DNA from: Candidatus Thorarchaeota archaeon
GTDB lineage: Archaea; Asgardarchaeota; Thorarchaeia; Thorarchaeales; Thorarchaeaceae
Assembly: GCA_048884965.1 (NCBI GenBank)
Contig: JBHLQH010000005.1
Span: forward strand, 110,157 to 174,156
Direction of reading: 5' to 3'
DNA length: 64,000 bases
Positions 57,366 to 64,000 of this stretch are shown piece by piece. Each line of letters opens with the position of its first letter. The first letter of the stretch is position 1. Under the pieces are notes generated by a model. The model had not been told where the DNA came from. It ran no database searches and saw only the letters and a list, made by a program, of their open reading frames with translations. A program made the position numbers and the translations under genes.

Positions 57366-60194
57366 ATGGATAATGGTCATTGGTATTCTAATGATATTGA
57401 TTATGTCAAGAAAACTCTTGACACTTCTGACGAAGGACTAACAGCCGCTCAAGCAGAAGAACGCTTGAAGATATATGGATTCAATGAGCTTGTCGAAACT
57501 GGCGGAATAAGTCCACTTCGAATGTTCATCAACCAATTCCTCGATCCCATGGTAATCATACTGATAATTGCCATTATAATCTCGGTTCTTACTTCATTCA
57601 TACCTGGGGCCAATGAAGAAGGTGGTCTTATCGATGCGTTTGTCATAACGGCAATTGTCATCTTCAATGCCATCTTTGGATTTGTTCAAGAATATAAATC
57701 CGAACAAGCTCTTGAAGCCCTAAAACAGATGGCCGCACCCACTGCTCGTGTTATGCGAAATGGGCTATGGACTGATATCGAATCGAGAGAGTTAGTTCCT
57801 GGCGACTTGATTAGTCTTGAATCAGGTGATTTAGTCCCTGCAGATGGTCGTGTCACCTATGCAGTTGGTTTCTCAGCAGACGAGGCTCCTTTGACTGGAG
57901 AATCGCTTGCTGTTCGCAAGGTATCTGAACCCATCCATCTTACTAGAACAGTGGTTGGGGATATGAAGAATATGCTCTTCCAAGGTACTACTATTACAGC
58001 GGGAAAGGGTCGTGCGATAGTAACCGAAACGGGAATGAAAACCCAGTTTGGGAAGATTGCAGAGATGGTCCAAGAAAGCGAGAAGGATATGACTCCTCTG
58101 CAAGTGGATCTCGATGACTTGGGAAAGAAACTTGGTGTATTGATTATTGCGTTGTGTATTCTTGTATTCGCAGCAGAGATAATCCGGAATGTATCTGATA
58201 GCCTTATTGAAGAGCTCATGGCTGCTATCGCTCTTGCTGTTTCTGCCATACCAGAAGGCCTTCCAGCTGTAGTCACTATAACTCTTGCAATTGGAGTGCA
58301 GCGAATGGTGCAGCAGCACGCAATCGTTCGTCGCTTGCCCAGTGTCGAAACTTTGGGATCTACTACGATCATCTGTTCAGATAAGACTGGGACGATTACG
58401 AAAAACGAGATGACCGTTAAGACCATCTACACAAATGAGCGAGTTTTTGATGTTAGCGGTGTTGGATATAATCGTGCTGGAGAATTTTCAGTTGATGACC
58501 AGAGTATTGACCCGACAATTGATGCTAATTTGAAACTATGTCTGGAAATTGGTCAGCTTTGTAGTAACACCATGCTTCAGAAGGACTCTTCCGAACGAGC
58601 CGACTGGTCAGTTATTGGAGACCCTACCGAAGGTGCACTCCTTGTGGTTGCAGAGAAGGGTGGTATCACTCACTCGGAAACCCTCAGGAAGTATGAGGAG
58701 GTTTCTGAGATTTCCTTTGATTCTGCTCGCAAAAGAATGACTGCAATTAATGTGGATAGTGCGGGCAACTACTATGCTTTCTCAAAAGGAGCTCCTGAGA
58801 TCCTGCTTCCACTATGTTCTCATATCAGCAACAATGGATCTGTTGAGATATTATCTGATGAGCATAAAGCTAAGATTCTTGAAATGAATGCTGATCTTGC
58901 CGAGAATGCACTAAGGGTTCTCGCTCTTGCATACAAACCAATTCCAGAGGAGATTCCTGATTGGGAACCTGAGAAGGTTGAGAAAAACCTCATTTTTGCA
59001 GGTCTTGTTGGGATGATTGATCCCCCAAGGGACGAAGTCCACGAGGCAATTCGTATCTGTAAGAAGGCTGGTATTCGTCCCATCATGATAACAGGTGACC
59101 ATAGACTCACCGCCAAGGCAATTGCTCGTAGTGTTGGTCTAATTGAGTCTGATGATCAAGTCCTTACTGGTGCTGAGATTGACCGAATGTCAGAGGCAGA
59201 ATTTATTGAATGTGTGAAACGATGCAATGTCTTTGCTCGTGTCGCACCCGAGCACAAGCTCCAGATTGTTAATGCTCTCAAGGGGTCAAATCAAGTTGTT
59301 GCAATGACAGGTGATGGTGTTAATGATGCTCCCGCCATAAAGGCAGCTGATGTAGGTATCTCTATGGGCATTCGAGGTGCAGATGTCACAAAAGAAGCAT
59401 CAGATGTCATCCTCACAGATGACAATTTTGCAACGATCGTTTCTGCAGTGGAGAAGGGGCGTGAAATATATTCAAATATTCGCAAGTTTGTACGATTCTT
59501 ACTAGCCGCGAACTTCGACGAGGTATTCTTGGTATTCACCATTATCATGATTGGACTTCCACTACCTATAACTGCAATCCAAATACTGTGGCTGAATTTA
59601 GCCACGGATGGCTTTCCCGCATTGGCGTTAGGGGTTGATCCACCTGAGCAAGGCGTCATGGACAGGGCTCCACGGAGACCTGGTGCGAAGATGATGGATA
59701 AGGGAATGATATCATTCATCCTCATAGCTGGATTCTTTGCATTCTTGGCATCAACTACAGTTTTTCTCTACTCTATTTGGCGACTTAGCGGAGGAGTTAT
59801 TCCTGGTATAACAGCTCCTCTCATGACTGATGTCGAGTGGACAACAGCACTTGCTCCAAGTGGTCTGCTTTGGGCGGATATCCTAAGGCATGCACGAACG
59901 ACCGTTTTTGCTAGTGTTGTTACATTCGAACTGCTATTCGTTTGGAACTGCAGGGATGAGTATCATCCAGTATGGAGGACGACTATACGTGAGTCCAAGT
60001 ACCTTATTGGAGCAGTCATCCTCTCTGCTGTGCTGACGTTGGCAACCATCTATTTGCCCTTAATGCAGCCATTATTTGAGACCGTACCTCTTGATATTGG
60101 AGATTGGATGATAATATTGGTAACATGCTTGCCTGCTCTACTTATTCCACCGAACATCATTTTTGGCTATTTCCGAGATAGAATCAAGAACTAG
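57366..60194 (+). CDS. P-type IIA cation (Ca2+-type) ATPase
   Basis: TGES, PEGL, DKTGT, KGAPE, DPPR, TGD, GDGVND, QILWLNLATDG. Confidence 0.95.
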   Translation: MDNGHWYSNDIDYVKKTLDTSDEGLTAAQAEERLKIYGFNELVETGGISPLRMFINQFLDPMVIILIIAIIISVLTSFIPGANEEGGLIDAFVITAIVIFNAIFGFVQEYKSEQALEALKQMAAPTARVMRNGLWTDIESRELVPGDLISLESGDLVPADGRVTYAVGFSADEAPLTGESLAVRKVSEPIHLTRTVVGDMKNMLFQGTTITAGKGRAIVTETGMKTQFGKIAEMVQESEKDMTPLQVDLDDLGKKLGVLIIALCILVFAAEIIRNVSDSLIEELMAAIALAVSAIPEGLPAVVTITLAIGVQRMVQQHAIVRRLPSVETLGSTTIICSDKTGTITKNEMTVKTIYTNERVFDVSGVGYNRAGEFSVDDQSIDPTIDANLKLCLEIGQLCSNTMLQKDSSERADWSVIGDPTEGALLVVAEKGGITHSETLRKYEEVSEISFDSARKRMTAINVDSAGNYYAFSKGAPEILLPLCSHISNNGSVEILSDEHKAKILEMNADLAENALRVLALAYKPIPEEIPDWEPEKVEKNLIFAGLVGMIDPPRDEVHEAIRICKKAGIRPIMITGDHRLTAKAIARSVGLIESDDQVLTGAEIDRMSEAEFIECVKRCNVFARVAPEHKLQIVNALKGSNQVVAMTGDGVNDAPAIKAADVGISMGIRGADVTKEASDVILTDDNFATIVSAVEKGREIYSNIRKFVRFLLAANFDEVFLVFTIIMIGLPLPITAIQILWLNLATDGFPALALGVDPPEQGVMDRAPRRPGAKMMDKGMISFILIAGFFAFLASTTVFLYSIWRLSGGVIPGITAPLMTDVEWTTALAPSGLLWADILRHARTTVFASVVTFELLFVWNCRDEYHPVWRTTIRESKYLIGAVILSAVLTLATIYLPLMQPLFETVPLDIGDWMIILVTCLPALLIPPNIIFGYFRDRIKN

Positions 60195-61048
60195 GTTGGA
60201 AGTCTAACTTCCAACCATTTTTCTATATCCTTCAGTACTCTCTCTTTCTCGATCTCCGCATGGAGCTCATGATAGAATCCCTCGTAGTACATCCATGTCT
60301 TATCCTGTGACCCTAGCGAATCAAAGAATTCTTTGGTCTTCTCAGCCTTTACCATTCTATCGTCACTTGCTTGCATGACTAGGGTGGGAGTACTAATCTC
60401 TGGAGCGCTTGCCATGGCTCTTTTTGCAGCCTTTAGACCTTCAATGCCAAATCTTGCCGTCACCCGATCAAAACGCAGCGGGTCGTTCACATGTTCTTCA
60501 ACTACTTCCTTGTCATGCGAAGAGAATTCAAGATTAACTTCATTTGAGAAATATCGCTTGACATTGAATACTGATAGGAGCCTTCCAGCTATGTATTTTC
60601 CTAGTGAAATGTCAAGATTCTCTGATACAGCTGGACATTCCAATATCATCCCATCTACATCCTTTGGGTAGGTTGTGATATATCGAATCACATGCTGCCC
60701 ACCAAGAGAGTGTCCAAAGAGGAATGTAATCCTATTGATGAACAAATCCTTGACTTGCATTACAATGTTATACATATCCTCTATGTACTCGTCAAAATTC
60801 ATCACATGTCCCTTAAGTCCTGCATAATGACCAAACCCTCGCATATCTGGTGCGAAAACAGCGAGTCCCCTCTGTGCGAAATACTCACCGATATTCTTGA
60901 GAGTGTACCCATGACTACCAAGTCCATGGATTGCAATTAGGAGAGCTCTCGGTTTCTCATCGTCAGGTAGCCACACTGACATATGCATTTTCAAGCCGTC
61001 AAAACCAGTATAATTGCTCTCTTTGAATTTCATCTGACCCACTAGCAA
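60191..61048 (-). CDS. Alpha/beta hydrolase (lysophospholipase/monoacylglycerol lipase-like)
   Basis: HGLG.H, DMRGFG, GHSLGG, D..V, YHE. Confidence 0.9.
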   Translation of the reverse strand: MLVGQMKFKESNYTGFDGLKMHMSVWLPDDEKPRALLIAIHGLGSHGYTLKNIGEYFAQRGLAVFAPDMRGFGHYAGLKGHVMNFDEYIEDMYNIVMQVKDLFINRITFLFGHSLGGQHVIRYITTYPKDVDGMILECPAVSENLDISLGKYIAGRLLSVFNVKRYFSNEVNLEFSSHDKEVVEEHVNDPLRFDRVTARFGIEGLKAAKRAMASAPEISTPTLVMQASDDRMVKAEKTKEFFDSLGSQDKTWMYYEGFYHELHAEIEKERVLKDIEKWLEVRLPT

Positions 61049-61112
61049 ATACTATGAATATCTGCTAATAAGCCTGATAGCTCTTGAAAGAATGTGCGAA
61101 TAAGAAATAGAG

Positions 61113-61133
61113 GGGAAGTAGATTCTACTTCCC
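61113..61133 (-). terminator. Perfect inverted repeat after hbd
   Basis: gggaagtaga-t-tctacttccc; the minus strand continues T-rich. Confidence 0.55.
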
Positions 61134-61142
61134 TAGATCTTA

Positions 61143-62024
61143 CTAGAATCTATTTGGAACTGGAGTTTCCCCTGAGTAGTCGTAGAATCCCATGCCTGCT
61201 TTGCGACCGACCCATCCCGCACGAACCATCTTTCTCAGAAGTGCAGGTGCACGATATTTGCTGTCTTTGAATTCATCAACAAAGTAATCTGAGATGTAAA
61301 GCATGGTATCAAGTCCAACAAAGTCAGCAAGTGTCAGTGGTCCCATAGGCCAATTCAGTCCGAGCTTTATTGCCAAATCCATATCTTCAACAGTCGCAAC
61401 TCCTTCTTGGATTGCGAAGACCGCTTCAAGAAGCGCTGGAACTAGGAGACGATTCACTGCGAATCCCGGCGCTTCGTTGACCAATACAGTCTTCTTCCCT
61501 ACCCTATGAGAAACCTCTTCAATGACCTTTACAGTTTCATCCGTTGTTGCCTGACCCTTAATGATCTCCACAAGTCCCATCACCGGAACAGGATTGAAGA
61601 AATGCATGCCAATGAACTTTTGAGCCCTCTTTGTGACTGCCGCCATCTGGGTGATGCTTATACTTGATGTATTTGATGCAAGAATGGCATGTGCTGGGGC
61701 TGCTTCGTCCACCTCTCTCCAAGTATCTAGTTTCAGCTTGACAATCTCTGGTATTGCTTCGATAACAAGGTCTGCATCCTTGACAGATTCTCTCAGGTCC
61801 AGAACGCCATGAATCCTACCCAAGATTGCGTCAATCTCTTCCTGAGTTATCTTGCCTTTGGCAAGACCTCGTTCAAGATTCTTCTTGATTGTTGCGATGC
61901 CACCATCAATGAATTTCTGGTCGATATCGCGCATCCTTACTTCGTAGCCCGCTTGCGCGCAGACCTGAGCAATTCCATTGCCCATCTGTCCTGCGCCAAG
62001 GACTGTGATCTTCTTGATATCCAC
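61143..62024 (-). CDS. hbd: 3-hydroxybutyryl/3-hydroxyacyl-CoA dehydrogenase
   Basis: GAGQMGNGIA, EAIPE, SNTSS, GMHFFNP, PMGP; GGAGG upstream of GTG. Confidence 0.93.
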   Translation of the reverse strand: MDIKKITVLGAGQMGNGIAQVCAQAGYEVRMRDIDQKFIDGGIATIKKNLERGLAKGKITQEEIDAILGRIHGVLDLRESVKDADLVIEAIPEIVKLKLDTWREVDEAAPAHAILASNTSSISITQMAAVTKRAQKFIGMHFFNPVPVMGLVEIIKGQATTDETVKVIEEVSHRVGKKTVLVNEAPGFAVNRLLVPALLEAVFAIQEGVATVEDMDLAIKLGLNWPMGPLTLADFVGLDTMLYISDYFVDEFKDSKYRAPALLRKMVRAGWVGRKAGMGFYDYSGETPVPNRF

Positions 62025-62269
62025 TATTGTTCTCCTCCAATATTGTTTCAGGATGTATCAGGCTCCCAACTGAGTCCGTAATATGTCTGTCGAAGGACTG
62101 GATGCACACTCACTCTGGAAGGCGAAATTGGATAGTTTAGGTTTTTACGAAAAAGCATCTAACTACAAACTTTTTGTATAATAAACAAAAACATGCAAAT
62201 TGGTTTGGTAAGCAAACCTTTATATAAGTAAATCACTCTATGGATATCACGAAATGAAAGGTGAATATC

Positions 62270-62380
62270 ATGACAAACCGAGAAACAAAGTATGAGCCAT
62301 CAAGTCTCTCTTTGCTAACCACAACAGGCAGGAACATACATGTTGCCCTTCCTTGGGATGGGGAATCCTTTAGGAGGTAA
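62270..62380 (+). CDS. 36-aa upstream ORF coupled to the MFS gene (not in ORF track)
   Basis: MTNRETKYEPSSLSLLTTTGRNIHVALPWDGESFRR; AGGTGA upstream; TATA-like tttatata at about 62219; TAATG overlap. Confidence 0.45.
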   Translation: MTNRETKYEPSSLSLLTTTGRNIHVALPWDGESFRR

Positions 62381-63846
62381 TGGAGATGGAAGTGTCAAAG
62401 AGATTCTTTGGTCTAGAGGATGCCAACCCAAATGTCATCAAATTGGCAAGGATCATGTCTATCCTTATGCCCCTATTTTCCCTTACTGTAATGATTAGCA
62501 CAACCTTCTTCATGATATTTATCGCTGAAGCGGTAGGGCATGGTGATTACATTCAAGGGCTGGGGTTAGTTGGAACCCTTGTTGTTGTACAGATGGCAGT
62601 GCAGACATTGCTTGACTATCCTACAGGTGCAATTGGTGATTGGCTTGGTCAACGGTTTATTATTGCGTCTGCATTCCTAACTTATGCAGTATCTTACTTC
62701 TTAGTATCAACGGTTACCTCCACAACACCTCTAGTGTTCTTGGTGCTGATTTACGCACTTCAGGGATTTGCGAATTCACAGCAGAGTGGAGCTCTCGGGG
62801 CTTGGTTTGATAACAACTATAGAGTAGCTGTTCCCGGTGACTTTGAGAGGAAACAATACGGTGTATTTCAAGCGAGACTCGGAATGATTTTCCAGATCGT
62901 TGCAACACTGTCCTTGATTCCCGGCGGTATCCTAGCTGGTATATTTGGTCGTGCTTGGGTTTTCCAACTCCAAGGAGTTCTTGCTATTGTAATAGCGATA
63001 GTTGCATTCAATGTAGTAAGAGACCTCCCTGAAGTACAAGAGGAGAAGCGAAAGCAGGCTCGACCAACTATGAGTGAATACACTTCTCTTCTTAGGGGCG
63101 GTGTCAGTTATCTCTTCAACGAACCATGGGTCAAATATGTCATCATAGGTAGCATGCTTGCAGGTAGCACAGTGATGGTTTGGGGTAATCTCATCCTATT
63201 TCCGATGTACTTCAGCTACCTCTTTACAGATGTCGCAGTCGCTTCATACAGAACACTTCTGTTCGCTCCTGGCGTAGTGAGTGGTGAGAGGTCTGGTGTC
63301 TGGTCCAGAAGGTTTGAGCCAAAGAAATGGATTCCACGTTTTAGATTGCTGCAAGCCGGTGGATTCTCATTCTTCATCATCTTTGCAGCGATCATGTTCT
63401 TCTTTCCCCCACCCGCTGGGTTGACACCTGCCATCGATTTACTGCTACCTTTCACATCTATTGTATTCATGAGCATCCCCATAGATTCCATCGGACCTGT
63501 GATACTCATTGCACTAACATTCTCTTTTACAATGTTTGCCAGTGCATGCGCAGATATCCTGACACAACGTGAGATGCTTGATGTTATACCCAACAACATC
63601 AGGAATAGCATGTACTCCCTGCAACCCACAGTCATGATGCTTTTTGCAATTCCCCAGATTGGCATATTTGGTTGGCTCATTCCAATCATAGGCTTCCCAT
63701 TAACATTGGTAATTGTCGGATTGGTCAATCTTCTTGGAGTTGCAATCATCAAGAAGGGATTAGATCAACCAAAGCCTTCTGAACGTAAAGCCGTCGAACA
63801 GATTGAACAAGAACCTATCGAGATTGAGTCTATAGTAACGGACTGA
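62380..63846 (+). CDS. MFS-type transporter
   Basis: DYPTGAIGDWLGQR, SGALGAWFDN; about 12 TM. Confidence 0.85.
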   Translation: MEMEVSKRFFGLEDANPNVIKLARIMSILMPLFSLTVMISTTFFMIFIAEAVGHGDYIQGLGLVGTLVVVQMAVQTLLDYPTGAIGDWLGQRFIIASAFLTYAVSYFLVSTVTSTTPLVFLVLIYALQGFANSQQSGALGAWFDNNYRVAVPGDFERKQYGVFQARLGMIFQIVATLSLIPGGILAGIFGRAWVFQLQGVLAIVIAIVAFNVVRDLPEVQEEKRKQARPTMSEYTSLLRGGVSYLFNEPWVKYVIIGSMLAGSTVMVWGNLILFPMYFSYLFTDVAVASYRTLLFAPGVVSGERSGVWSRRFEPKKWIPRFRLLQAGGFSFFIIFAAIMFFFPPPAGLTPAIDLLLPFTSIVFMSIPIDSIGPVILIALTFSFTMFASACADILTQREMLDVIPNNIRNSMYSLQPTVMMLFAIPQIGIFGWLIPIIGFPLTLVIVGLVNLLGVAIIKKGLDQPKPSERKAVEQIEQEPIEIESIVTD

Positions 63847-63856
63847 AGGTTATGGA

Positions 63857-63914
63857 ACAGAATAAGGTCGAAGACGTGATTTATTGATAGTCACAAATTG
63901 TGACCTTATTCTGT
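63857..63914. repeat. 13-bp inverted repeat overlapping a 7-1-7 palindrome
   Basis: acagaataaggtc (63857-69) / gaccttattctgt (63902-14); gtcacaa-a-ttgtgac (63890-904). Confidence 0.6.
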
Positions 63915-64000
63915 GACCCTCTATTGTGGCTTCGGTATATATACTAAATCTGCTACCATATACTTGTGAAATATCATGGCTCTAGCAACTAACTACAGAA

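Overview
This is a gene-dense archaeal chromosomal segment. It looks like Asgard archaea, probably Thorarchaeota-like (inference from a TPR+longin-like protein, an RpoM/TFS-like gene, bacterial-type serC and grpE-dnaK-dnaJ, and many membrane-anchored peptidases). I found no rRNA, tRNA, CRISPR array or transposase. The region is dominated by proteolysis (four large S8 subtilases, M20, M24, M29, an HExxH peptidase, TldD/PmbA), transport (three MFS, ClC, a P-type IIA ATPase, a CTL-like protein) and housekeeping genes. The best candidate for a new system is at 286-5711. There, a PqqD/RRE + radical SAM + SPASM maturase is transcribed divergently from a small unknown gene, a membrane protein whose 49-aa C-terminal tail is a synonymously diverged (CHSA)n/CVSHDA repeat ending in GGFR, and an HExxH metallopeptidase. 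This looks like a RiPP-like modification system with a membrane-tethered substrate. Other highlights are a subtilase with the architecture of eukaryotic site-1 protease (34972-37872), a pseudoknotted leader upstream of a 1580-aa surface protease, a TFS-like protein lacking its catalytic ribbon, and several small ORFs and remnants missing from the ORF track. All family calls come from motif recognition by eye; no database searches were run.
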